Assembly: GCA_951406725.2 (NCBI GenBank)
Contig: OX597838.1
Location: 4,340,001-4,404,000 of the forward strand
Source of the DNA: Octopus vulgaris
Taxonomy: Eukaryota
Direction of reading: 5' to 3'
Length of the DNA: 64,000 nt
Shown: piece after piece, positions 14,570 to 26,858 of the stretch
Layout: the number at the start of each line of letters is the position of its first letter
Numbering within the stretch: position 1 is the first letter of the stretch
Translations under genes and position numbers: made by a program
Notes under the pieces: generated by a model
The model's input: only the letters and a program-made list of their open reading frames with translations
Databases searched by the model: none
What the model was told of the DNA's origin: nothing

Positions 14570-15310
14570 TTCCAATTTGGAATATATTTTAACCGGCCAT
14601 CTTCATGGTAGCAACGGGGTAAATTGCATATTGCAATCCTTTGCAGTGTATGAATTTAATAATCTTCATTCTCACTGCAAGGTCCCAAGTCCAGCCACAC
14701 TTTGTTCCAGACTGGTCGGTATGTATCCTGTTGCTTCAATAATAACGGGTAAAAAGCTGAAAGTGTATCGATGATCCACGGATGTCCCCTTTCTCTTGTA
14801 TTTTTGGGACCACATTGGCATCAAAAGGGCAGCTGATTTCCACAACAGAACAGAACTCTTCTTCGTGGTCCCACACAACAATATCTGACCGGTTGTGTTT
14901 TAACTTGGTGGCTGTTTTAAATTTTACGTTCCACCAATATTCTTTCGACCCCCCGGTCTCAAGAATAGTCACCTTCGTCTGTAGCTGTTTTCTTTTTTTG
15001 GTTATCCTGTTCCAGATTGTTCTGGCCACCGCATGGGAAGAGAATATCTGAAAGACATTCTCTCGCAGTTGGCAATAATCTGGTCGATGTCTTCAGGCTT
15101 CGTCTTGCACAGACTACATTTGTTCTCTGTCGACGTTTTCTGCCTCTTATGCTGCAAAGACTTGGTGCCGAGCTCTTGTTCTTGGATGTAGTCTTCGAAA
15201 TGGAATGTCATAAGCTTCTCGGCATTCTATGCCAAGCTCTGGACATGATAAATTTCTTCTATGGTTCGTGTTCTTCGTGCCAAGTACTCACGTACTTGCT
15301 TCTGTTCTTC
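14570..15310 (-). mobile_element. R4/Dong-like non-LTR retrotransposon relic: zinc knuckle and restriction-like endonuclease region
   Basis: QEQELGTK..CSLCKTKPEDIDQIIANC (degenerate CCHC knuckle), then HNRSDIVVWD..VVEISCPFD (PD-(D/E)xK-type RLE). Confidence 0.8.
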
Positions 15311-15761
15311 TAATAAATAGGTTGTAAGTATTTGCGTGTGTGTATATATATAAGTATGTAGGTAAGTACGTATGTATATGTGTGTATGTATGTATGTATG
15401 TATGTATGTATGTATGTATGTATGTATGTATGTATGTATGTATGTATGTATGTTTGAATGTATGTATGTATGTATGTATGTATGTATGTATGTATGTGTG
15501 TGTGCATGCTCGCATATTTGTGTGTAAGTACATGTTCTTGCGTAGTATATTTAAGTAAATAACGGGAAAGAGAGTGGGAAAGTGGGAGAGAAAGGGGAGA
15601 CAGAGCGAGTGGGGGGGGAAGGAGAGAGAGAGACAGACAGATAGAAACATATATATATCATGTATCATGTATATAGACAGCGAAAGAGGAAGAGAGAAAG
15701 AGAGCGATATGAAAGAGAGAGGGAGACAGATAGAAAGAGAGAGAGAGCGAGAAAGAGATAG

Positions 15762-15792
<31 letters not shown>

Positions 15793-16188
15793 GGTAGATA
15801 GAGAGATAGAGAGATAGAGAGAGAGAGAGAGAAGGAGAGAGAGAAAGAGAGATAGTGAGAGAGAGAGAGAGAGACCAGATGACAAATCTAATGTAGGTGT
15901 CAACGTATGACGACACTCCTATGTAATTCACGGCGAGGAATACGTTGTTATAATTAATGCAAGTAAAATAAAGAGGGTGGGGGAAGAAGTAGGGGAGGGA
16001 ATAAAGCTAATTAGGGATAATTAAACTACGAAGTGCAGAGTTAATTCCCCTACTTGCGGACTTTATTCAGATAGAAATATTGTTTTTTTTTTTTTTACTT
16101 GTTTCAGTCATTTGACTGCGGCCATGCTGGAGTACCGCCTTTAGTCGAACTAGTTGTTCACTTCATGTCTTTTTATCACCGTATAATC

Positions 16189-16257
<69 letters not shown>

Positions 16258-16284
16258 TATACCCCCACACGTATATACGCGCGC

Positions 16285-16323
<39 letters not shown>

Positions 16324-16330
16324 CGCGCGC

Positions 16331-16374
<44 letters not shown>

Positions 16375-16429
16375 ATCTTTATATCCTACTCAACGTAGAT
16401 ATATAATTAGAATGGTGAATACTGCGGAA

Positions 16430-16688
16430 TTCACTTTGAGAGATCCTGCCATGCAGACGTACGGTGCTAAGATCTCATACATATCATCTGCAGACGAGAA
16501 GCGCCTGGCATGGCTGCCATAACTACCAGATCATGTGATTTCAACATACTGCGCTTCCTCAGTCACGAGGCCAAACATCCCTGAAAGCTTCATCCGAATC
16601 CATGCAGCTGTTCTTGAGATATCTTGTCCACGGACAAACAAACGCAACTGAAAAACAATATCTCCGCCTTTGCTAAGGCGGAAGTAAT
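16430..16688 (+). mobile_element. Helentron/DINE-like non-autonomous element 3' part
   Basis: AAGCTTCATCCGAATCC..TTGAGATATC..ACGGACAAACAAAC, then a 3' stem-loop TCCGCC-TTTGCTAA-GGCGGA followed by AGTAAT. Confidence 0.5.
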
Positions 16689-17279
16689 AAGCTTCGTAGA
16701 TCACACGAGTTTGGCAGCTGCGAGTTTTGCAACGGAAAGAAGCTAAAAACTAACCTAAAGTTATCGCCCTTGAAATTGTAGATCACACACCAAAGTAGCA
16801 CCGATTTTTCAGTCACTGATATCGCGAATAGTCAGCGGGCTCCTTAAAAAATAGATATTAACCATGGAAGCAGCATACTCAACCTTGGATATGTTAATAT
16901 ATTTTGAGTTGGATATTAAACAAATGTTAAACTTACTTAAATAATTAAATGAAATGCAGATGCCGATGCATTAGAATAAATGATACAATATTCTTTTCTA
17001 CACGAGGCACAAGGCCCGAAATTTTTGGAGAGGGGGCGCCAGTCGATTAGTTCGATCCCTGTACGCAACCGGTACTTTATTTATCGACACCGAAAGAATG
17101 AAAGGCAAAGTCGACCTCGACGGAATTTGAACTCAGAACGTAACGGCAGACGAAATACCTATTTCTTTACTACCCACAAGGAGCTAAACACAGAGAGGAG
17201 AAACAAGGACAGACAAACGGATTAAGTCGATTATATCAACCCCAGTGCGTAACTGGTACTTATTTAATCGTATTGGGCT

Positions 17280-18430
17280 AGCCTACTTCGTGGTCTGGGG
17301 GCGTCCACACAACACTTTTCCGTCCTGAAGTTTCAATCAGAAAGGTATCACCATCAATGCTGAATGCTTTTGGTGCAATGCAGGGACAATAATTGCTTCG
17401 AATTTCTTCCAGCCGCAGAGCATCTCGGTTAAACTCTGCCTCTTCGCTCCAGATTTTCCTCCAAAGGGAGTTTCTTTCTACTGAAGGAGCTTCTATGATG
17501 TTCACTGCTTCTCATCTTATATCTCTGTATACAGCTGCCTGTTTCCGGTCGAATTCTTTGTTTATTGTTCTCCTTTGGTCATTCTCCTCTGATTGAACTT
17601 CTCACTGAGAGCTCTTAGGCTCCAACTTAAGGGCGGTTCCGGTTGAATTTGTTTTGTTTATTGTTTTTCCATCGGTCATTCTCCTCTGGTACCGTAATCT
17701 CTCACTGACAGCTTTTAAGCTCCTACTTCAACGCGATCAGTTTGTAACTGAATCTCCTGTTTTTTGTTATCTCCTTATTCACTTTGGTGAGACGTATAAA
17801 TGATTTCCTTGTTTGCAAGCAACAAACACCATCACAGGGCTGATGGTCTTCAGTAAACCATTATTTAAAGGCGGCGAGCTGGCAGAACCGTTAGCACGCC
17901 GGGCGAAATGCGTAGCCGTATTTCGTCTGCTGTTACGTTCTGAGTTCAAATTCCGCCGAGGTCGACTTTGCCTTTCATCTTTTCGGGGTCGATAAATTAA
18001 GTACCAGTTACGCACTGGGGTCAATGTAATCGACATAATCCGTTTGTCCCCTCTGTGTTTAGCCCCTTGTGGGCAGTAGTGAAATACATTATTTACTTTT
18101 CCTCTTGTCTTCAAAACTCATGACGTCACTGTATTCGTTGTTTCGCTTTTGCTTTCTCTTCGAGTATCGTTCATGTATTGTTTTGCAGTAGTAGACCGGA
18201 CATACAGACAGGCGTTAGTCTACCAGAATGAGGGTTCATTACACTGCAGTAAACACTTCTCTCCAATTTCAATAACAGCTTTTAAAATCGTGTCTGGTGG
18301 TCTTTTATGTACTTTGGTAGGAAATACTCTCTCTTCGAAAGTGTGCTTCAAAGCCAAAGTTATTTTTACTCGAAAAATGTTGTTTTTACCGCAAGAATGA
18401 CACGCAGATTCGTGAAGCGTTTCATATTTT
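17280..18430 (-). mobile_element. R4/Dong-like element, pre-RT region, interrupted by a family B SINE at 17870-18086
   Basis: APSVE..LWRKIWSEEAEFNRDA..WTPPD resembles the FWxxIW..HN..WxAPGPD pre-RT block; same strand as the 14570-15310 piece. Confidence 0.6.
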
Positions 18431-18438
18431 AAAAGACA

Positions 18439-18811
18439 CAGGAGTGACTGTGTGGTAAGTAGCTTGCTTACCAACCACATGGTTCCGAATTCAGTCCCAC
18501 TGCGTGACATCTTGGGCAAGTGTCTTCTGCTATAGCCTCGGGCCGACCAGAGCCTTGTGAGTGGATTTGGTAGACGGAAACTGAAAGAAGCCCGTCGTGT
18601 ATATGTATGTGTGTGTGTGTGTGTGTGTGTCTGTGTTTGTTCTCCCAACATCGCTTGACAACCGATGCTGGTGTGTTTACGTCCCCGTAACTTAGCGGTT
18701 CGGCAAAAGTGAACCGATAGAATAAGTACTAGGCTTGCAAAGAATAAGTCCTGGGGTCGATTTGCTCGACCAAAGGCGGTGCTTCATTTGACTGAAGCAA
18801 GTAAAAGAGTA
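18439..18811 (+). mobile_element. SINE family A
   Basis: Same sequence as 9709-10127. Confidence 0.85.
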
Positions 18812-19442
18812 TATGACCCTGGCTATTGCTACAATGACCATTGCTATTGTGCCTGCTACTTACCATAGTCGTAACAGAAGGACAATGGTCAGTTGCTTTA
18901 GCATATAATGTAGTTTGGTTGGCAGGCAGTATAGTATCCGTTGGAATGTCGCTAATTATGAAAGCATTTGATGTTCTAATGTAGTTCACATTTAAAAAAA
19001 TTTATACTGTTTAGAAGGAAGTTAATTTCAGATCTTTTTCTTTTTTAAAAATAATGTCCCATTCACTAACTTTCTTCCAATGTTCCACAAATGTTGCTTG
19101 TTAGCATAATTATTTCGCAGTAAAATAATTTAGTGCTGGGTGCTAATCGTCCCGATATAATTTCAAATTGTTCGTGTATCCAACAGCAGGGTTTTGTTTC
19201 TCTCTTTTGAAACAGTTAAATCATTATTAAGCTCCAAAGAAAGAAAAATGTGTTTTGTAGTTTCTGTGTTGTTGAGGTTGTCGTGTCCAGCCATATGGTT
19301 TGTAGTAAGTTTATAAATGGCAAAGTCAAATTTCAGTCGAAAATCACAACGATTTTGAATAGAAGGATCGCTCGGTTCATTCATCTGAAGATTAACCAGT
19401 TGGGTTAACGGGGCTGGTAAATCTAGCTTCAAAGTTGGAGAT

Positions 19443-21010
19443 AGTATGTAATGTAATGTAGTATGCATGCATGTATGTAATTTATGTATGTATGTATGTA
19501 TGTATGTATGTATGTATGTATGTATGTATGTATGTATGTATGTATGTATGTATGTATGCATGCATGTATGTATGCGTGCATGTATGTATGTATGTAAGTA
19601 TGTATGTATGTATGTATGTATGCATATATGTATGTATGTATGTATGTATGTGTGTGTATGTATGCATGCATGTATGTATGCGTGCATGTATGTATGTATG
19701 CATGCATGTATGTATGTATGCGTGCATGTATGTATGTATGTATGTTTGTATGTATGTATGTATGCATGCATGTATGTATGTATGCGTGCATGTATGTATG
19801 TATGTATGCATGCATGTATGTATGTATGCGTGCATGTATGTATGTATGCGTGCATGTATGTATGTATGTTTGTATGCATGCATGCATGTATGTATGTATG
19901 TATGTATGTGTGTATGTATGTATGTATGTATGTATGTATGTATGTATGTATGTATGTATGTATGTATGTATGTATGTATGTATGTATGTGTGTATGTATG
20001 TATGTATGTATGTATGTATGTATGTATGTATGTATGTATGTATGTATGTATGTATGTATGTATGTATGTATGTATGTATGTATGTATGTATGTATGTATT
20101 GTGTATGTATGTATGTATGTATGTATGTATGTATGTATGTATGTATGTATGTATGTATGTATGTATGTATGTATGTATGTATGTATGTATGTATGTATGT
20201 ATGTATGTATGTATGTATGTATGTATGTATGTATGTATGTATGTATGTATGTATGTATGTATGTATGTATGTATGTATGTTTGTATGTATGAATTTATGT
20301 ATGTATGTATGTATGTATGTATGTATGTATGTATGTATGTATGTATGTGTGTATGTATGTATGTATGTATGTATGTATGTATGTATGTATGTATGTATGT
20401 ATGTATGTATGTATGTATGTATGTATGTATGTATGTATGTATGTATGTATGTATGTATGTATGTATGAATTTATGTATGTATGTATGTATGTATGTATGT
20501 ATGTATGTATGTATGTATGAATTTATGTATGTATGTATGTATGTATGTATGTATGTATGTATGTATGAATTTATGTATGTATGTATGTATGTATGTATGT
20601 ATGTATGTATGTATGTATGTATGTATGTATGTATGTATGTATGTATGTATGTATGTATGTATGTATGTATGTATGTATGTATGTATGTATGTATGTATGT
20701 ATGTATGTATGTATGTATGTATGTATGTATGAATTTATGTATGTATGTATGTATGTATGTATGTATGTATGTATGAATTTATGTATGTATGTATGTATGT
20801 ATGTATGTATATATGTATGCATGTATGTATGTATGTATGTGTGTGTGTATGTATGTATGTATGTATGTATGTATGTATGTATGCATACATGTATGTATGT
20901 ACGTACGAACGTATATATTATGTATATATGAATGTATGTATGTATGTCTTCTTCTTCTTCTTCTTCTTCTTCTTCTTCTTCTTCTTCTTCTTCTTCTTCT
21001 TCTTCTTCTT
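19443..21010. repeat. About 1.5-kb (TATG)n satellite followed by (CTT)~21
   Basis: Seen directly. Confidence 0.97.
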
Positions 21011-21440
21011 CCCTCCCCTACCTGGGGGCTAAACAACAGCAGTAAAACTTTACTTGGTCCATCAATCTACTAGAAATAGCAGCCAAATTTTCTTCACCCC
21101 TTAACCACTAAATATGAGACACACTCTCCTAAATGATGGGACATTTACGAGCAGAATGCTCTGACTGAGCTGCTCAGTCAAAGACTGACCCAAGGTTAAA
21201 CAGCAACAACAAGAACAACAACAACAACAAGAGAATCGAGTGAAAGAAGGAACTTCTAAGTTGTTAGAAATAACAACCACACCGTCTTCAGAACACAGCA
21301 AGCCGTAGAGAAAAGAAGGACAGTTTAGATTAATGTAGAATCGAATATACTGAGCGTGCATAGGATAAAGAATCGATAGTCACGGTTGGAATGCTTTTGA
21401 CCAGAGGTCAGCTCGATCGGGGTTGAACAGGGGTTTAACA

Positions 21441-21817
21441 ACTCTTTTACTTGTTTCAGTCATTTGACTGCGGCCATGCTGGAGCACCACCTTTAGTCGA
21501 GCAAATCGACCCCGGGACTTATTGTTTGTAAGCCTAGTATTTATTCTATCGGGTCCTTTTGCCGAACCGCTAAGTTACGAGGACGTAAACACACCTGCAT
21601 CGGTTGTCAAGCGATGTTGGGGGGACAAACACAGACACACAAACACATACACACATATATATATATGACAGGCTTCTTTCAGTTTCCGTCTACCAAATCC
21701 ACTCACAATGCTTTGGTCGGCCCGAGGCTATAGTAGAAGACACTTGCCCAAAGTGCCAAACGGTGGGATTGAACCCGGAACCATATGGTTGGTAAGCAAG
21801 CCACTTACCACACAGCC
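21441..21817 (-). mobile_element. SINE family A
   Basis: Reverse complement of family A. Confidence 0.85.
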
Positions 21818-21944
21818 AACGATAAAAACAAAAATAAAGAGAAACATAACCACAGTAGTAAACAACAACAAACACCAAGTTACAGCGCTAATGAGGGAGA
21901 AATAGCAGGCAGATGTCCCTCAAACCACGCCCTAGTCTAGCCAA

Positions 21945-22290
21945 CCAGCCATTTTCTCCGCCCACTATTCTTGGGAGGGTCATGGGAGGAGTGTCCTCGG
22001 GCGCCTCCTCCATAGGGTCCTAACAGAAGCAACTGTCAGACTTTTCAGCTGGGTTCCCAAGAGTGACCAGCTGAAATTATGGACGTTATCCAAGCATCTC
22101 GTCCTTGGTCTGCCCCAGGGTCTCTCGCTGGTTGGCTCGGCTCGGCTTGAAGAATTCGTGTTTCGATTCTTTCCTGCAAAATTCTAATCTCATGTCCATA
22201 GTACGTAGGGGTGGGTGAGGAAGTTGTGACCTCGTAATGCGGAGAATTGGGGTCCAGGAATCCGAAGACACTGACTCCTCCATCTCACCC
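21945..22290 (-). mobile_element. Degenerate RTE-clade LINE 3' fragment
   Basis: Minus strand encodes LRITRSQL..YGHEIRILQERIETRILQAEP; homologous to 12300-12430. Confidence 0.6.
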
Positions 22291-22422
22291 GTCGTCTCAT
22301 CGTCTTAAAACGGACAACAGTTGTCAACAACAAAGAGAAAGCTACAGTGAAGATGTAAATGATTCGATGCGAGTTCGAATCGCGGTGAGTTCATTCATAA
22401 TATCTGTATTTCATCCGGGGAC

Positions 22423-22456
<34 letters not shown>

Positions 22457-22833
22457 GCTAAACAGCAAAATCAAACTCGCCGTCCCCACCACAACCACCA
22501 CCAGTGACATGTACCCACCCCCTTAGTTGTCGTCATCATCATTGATCATGAGGAAAAATTTTGATTAATCATCATAGCCATCAGGAGCATCGTCATCATT
22601 ACGATCGTCATCGTCATCATCATCATCATCTTCACCTCATTCCTGCCCCCCCCCATCGACACCTCTGTCAACATCGTGGCTAAAAAAAAAAAACTTACGC
22701 CGTCACTTCGTCGCCTTCCCCGCCCTTACCCTAACAAATGCAGCAGCAGCAGCAGGTGCTGCTGCTGCTGCTACTTAAGTTGTCTTGCTGGTGGTGGTGG
22801 AGACGAAGGTGACGACAAGAAAAAAATTCTAAA

Positions 22834-23090
22834 CCTCCTCCTCCTCCTCCTCCTCTGCCGTCCCTTGCCCTTCTTCTCTGTTTTCGTTTTCCCCCCTCGC
22901 TTTCCTTCCTCTCCTTCTCTTTCTCCTCCTCCGTCCCTTGTTCTTCTTCTCTGTTTTCGTTTTTTCCCCCTCGCTTCCCTTCCTCTCCTTCTCTTTCTCC
23001 TCCTCCTCCTCCTCCGTCCCTTGTTCTTCTTCTCTGTTATTTCGTTTTCCCCCCCTCGCTTTCCTTCCTCTGCCTCTCTTTCTCTCTCCT
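22834..23090. repeat. Three tandem pyrimidine-rich units of about 75-90 bp
   Basis: (CCT)n-CCGTCCCTTG..CTTCTTCTCTGTT..TCGTTTT..CCCCCTCGCTT..CCTTCCTCT repeated three times. Confidence 0.85.
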
Positions 23091-23117
23091 CCGCTTCCCA
23101 CTCCTCGTCCCTCAGAT

Positions 23118-23191
23118 CCGACCAATCAGCGATCAGCCTACAGAAGTAACGTAGTGAAAGTTTTTAAAAAGAGGCGCGATCAAGATGGCGG
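23118..23191 (+). promoter_or_regulatory. Putative LIN9 core promoter / 5' UTR
   Basis: CCAAT box (ACCAATCAG, 23121-23129), TTTAAA (CHR variant, 23163-23168), GGCGCG (E2F-like core, 23173-23178), CAAGATGGCGG (YY1-like) overlapping the ATG; CpG-rich, no TATA box. Confidence 0.55.
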
Positions 23192-23206
23192 AAGAGTCAT
23201 TGGAAA
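23185..23206 (+). CDS. LIN9: LIN9 coding exon 1 (MAEESLE)
   Basis: AAGATGG start context, donor AA|GTGAGT; phase 1 joins exon 2 to give ESSSAKALV. Confidence 0.85.
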
Positions 23207-23860
23207 GTGAGTTTGTTTGTTTGTTTCGCTCGGCCGTTTCGCCCTTTTCCCTCGCCTTTCGTCCCCTCAACCGTCGTTCGTCACCTCACCGTACGTCCAC
23301 CCGACACCGACGACCACTCGCAATCGACACCACACGCCCCACGGCCCCGCTACACGCTCCTAAAGCCACACACATCCGCTAATATCCACCCCTGTTTTGC
23401 CACTCATGAAGGAGACACCACTTTTCTGTTGTTATAAATAATTACACGTCGAATCCGTCCCCGTCCCGTCCACCCGATGGCCCCAAACTCCTCTCCTGGC
23501 CTTACCCCGTCCTCAGGGTCCTCCATGGCTCCCCAACAAAGCCCTCATCTTTAGACATCTCTCTATATATATCGATGCAGTGTTGTCGTGTGGGGCAGAC
23601 ATTTACCTTCATTCGATGTCGTCTCTTCCACTTGTTTATTGTCTTTCTCCTTTAAATCTCCTTTCCTTTCCAATTAGCCGCCTTTTAATTACCCACCCGT
23701 CTTGCTCTTTCTCTACCTGCCTGTCTATCTATCTATCTATATATACATACATACATATATATATTTATATATATCTATCTATATATATCTATGCAAAGTA
23801 TGTGCTAATATATTAGAATGTATGTATATTCATTATACATACATTCTAATACGGGCACAA

Positions 23861-23891
<31 letters not shown>

Positions 23892-24755
23892 TACACTAAT
23901 TATATACATATACATACACAAACACTACACACACATTCTTTAGCTAATACTCACCCACATAGATTACACATATATTACACAATGTATGTATATATAACTG
24001 TATACACATATATACATGTGTAATACTATACATATTTTATAGCTACTTCTATATATATACATATATATATGTGTACACATATGTATGCACACACACACAC
24101 TCATATAACACTTAGATTCTATATCTAACCACACACAGACACGTATATATATATATACACACTTAATTGTGTCTAACCCCCTCCCCACTTGCTTAATTCG
24201 ATATCTAACCACACACAAAAGTGTGAGTATATATATATATATTATAAATATATATATACATATATATAGTGTGTGTATAATTCGTGACTGCTTTACAGAC
24301 TTCTCGATACCTTTTGGGGTGGTGCATAATATCTTTAATTATCAAAATATCTTCGTCTTCCTTGTTACTTTCCGACTGCTTACACATTTCTCATGATACC
24401 ATTCCGTAATTGCCTCTTTTTTTTCTGGCCTGTATATATATATAAATATATATATATACATACATATGTATATATGCATGCAATTATCTACCTACATATC
24501 TACGTATTTATATACATACATACATACATGCAAAGCTATCAATCATACACACAGATACGCACGCAATTATATAGACTTCCACACCTTACAGAAGTGCTTT
24601 TTATTTATTTATAGATTATATTTGTTGTACTGTGTCAGACTTCACTACATATTTATTTTTCCATTTTCTGAAATTACAATCTCCTCCCATAGAGAGAATG
24701 TTTGTATTTTGTATCAAACATTTCATCATATACGCTTGTGTGTGTGTATGTGAAT

Positions 24756-24827
<72 letters not shown>

Positions 24828-25058
24828 GTCAGTATCGTCACTGCTTTACAGGGTTCACCGATGTGGCTTGCCTTCCTAATCTCGCATTAATTAGTAAATT
24901 CATTCCCGTAATGCCTTTTCGTCAGCTGTGTAATCAATTTTGTTTAATTAATTATTGTTTATATATATATAACTCTTGCCTAATGTTAATCTTACTAACC
25001 CCTCCAAGTATCGCCCCTCCCACCACATCTATGTATGTGTGTGAGTATATATAATTAT

Positions 25059-25093
<35 letters not shown>

Positions 25094-26816
25094 GCGTATA
25101 TGTATGTATACACTTTGGACCCAGACCCAAGTCCAAAGCCTTCCCTATACACCCTTTCTCTTTGGCTGTGTTTACATCATTCCACATAAATTTTCTGATT
25201 GATCTGAGAAAGGCATCACTACCACTGAAGCGTCGTTCGCTCCTCTGGGGCTGTGAAATCATGAAATCCCAAATGTCCTTCTATGAACCTGGGTCCCCAA
25301 ATCAATCACATCCCTCTTACCCCTTCTCTTCCCACTCCCCCCCTTTTTTTTTTACCTCTGATTCCTAAGCTAAACCCTTATCGCCTATTTAGGGTAAAAG
25401 TTATTTGATGCCCTACACAACAACAAGCACCGTGGCACAGTTCCCCAGTTTGCTCAAAGCCCTTCCCTTTAATTCTGATATAATTTCGGTCTATATTTAG
25501 AATCGGTATTGCACGTTGATTGATTTCCTTTCTGTGCACCGCCACCCCTCAGCCTTTTAAATCGCATGGGAGGTTCCCTTGCTCACCATCTTAATGTTAA
25601 TACTTAAAAGATGCGGTGTGTGTGTGTGTGTATATATATATATGTGTGTGTGTGTTTGTGTATTGATGTTTATATACATGTATACTTGTATGTGTATTTA
25701 TAGACATGTATATTTGTGTATTTATGTTTGTATACTTATGCTTGTGTGTGTGTGTATATATATATATATGATACTTGTGTGTTTATATGCGTATATATTT
25801 TTGTATTCATGTTTATTTACATGCATACTTAAGTTTATGTATGTATATATATATATGTGTGTGTGTTTGTGTTTATATCCATATATGTTTGTGTATATAA
25901 TCTATACTTTATATGTGTGTATATGTTCAATATACTTACATATCTACTGATCCATGAAACCGTTTATCGAAAGCTACCCAGCCGTGACCATTTCAGTCCA
26001 GCCTTTTATTCTATTTCAGACACATTGTTTCAAAGACTACACTTATCCAGTATCCTTCCTTTAATAAGGCAAGGTGTGTTTTGCAGGAGACTTGGCTGTT
26101 ATTTCTAGCATGTAGAATGATTACATGAAGGCTCTTTTGTTCGACATGAGTGTGTATTGGAGATCTTGAATTCTCTTTCACCGTACACAAATGGTTAACA
26201 TAATTTGTTTTTGTCATCGTGGGCAAACCTTGGTGGAACATTAATATGCTTGTATGTGTATATATAATATATTCATGATATATCACACACATACACATAT
26301 CATCATCATCACTGTTTAACGCCCATCTTCCATGAATGCATGGGTAGGATGGTTCACAGGAGCTGGACATGTAGAAAAACTACCCTATGCTACTTTGGTT
26401 TGGCAGGGTTTTTACAGCTGGATGCCCTTCCTAACACCAACCACTCTACGATATATTATGATGTATAGTATGTATTATACGATATATATGTGTATTTATA
26501 TGTATATATATATATATATATAATCATCATCGTTTGCACCTACAAAATTACCCTCTGAGGCACAAGTCCAGGCAAGGTTGTTAGTGGAAGACCAGCAGTT
26601 GCCCATGCATACCAGCCTCTCTTCTCCATGCCACTGATGTTATCCAAGGGAGAAGCAAAGCCCAATACAGCTTGGCACCAGTGATGTCACAACTCATTTC
26701 TGCAGCTGAGTGAACTGGAGCAACGTGAAATAAAGTGTCTTGCTCAAGAACACAACACACAGCCCAGTCCAGGAATTGAACTCACTACCTCATGATTGTG
26801 AGCAGTGCACCTTCAC

Positions 26817-26858
<42 letters not shown>

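Noticed and set aside
18820-19440. Possible minus-strand exons of a divergent gene
   Set aside because: Multiple stops, no convincing splice pair and no recognisable protein.
22829-23125. Minus-strand E/K/R/G-rich 98-aa ORF
   Set aside because: Product of the purine-rich tandem repeat, with no ATG start.
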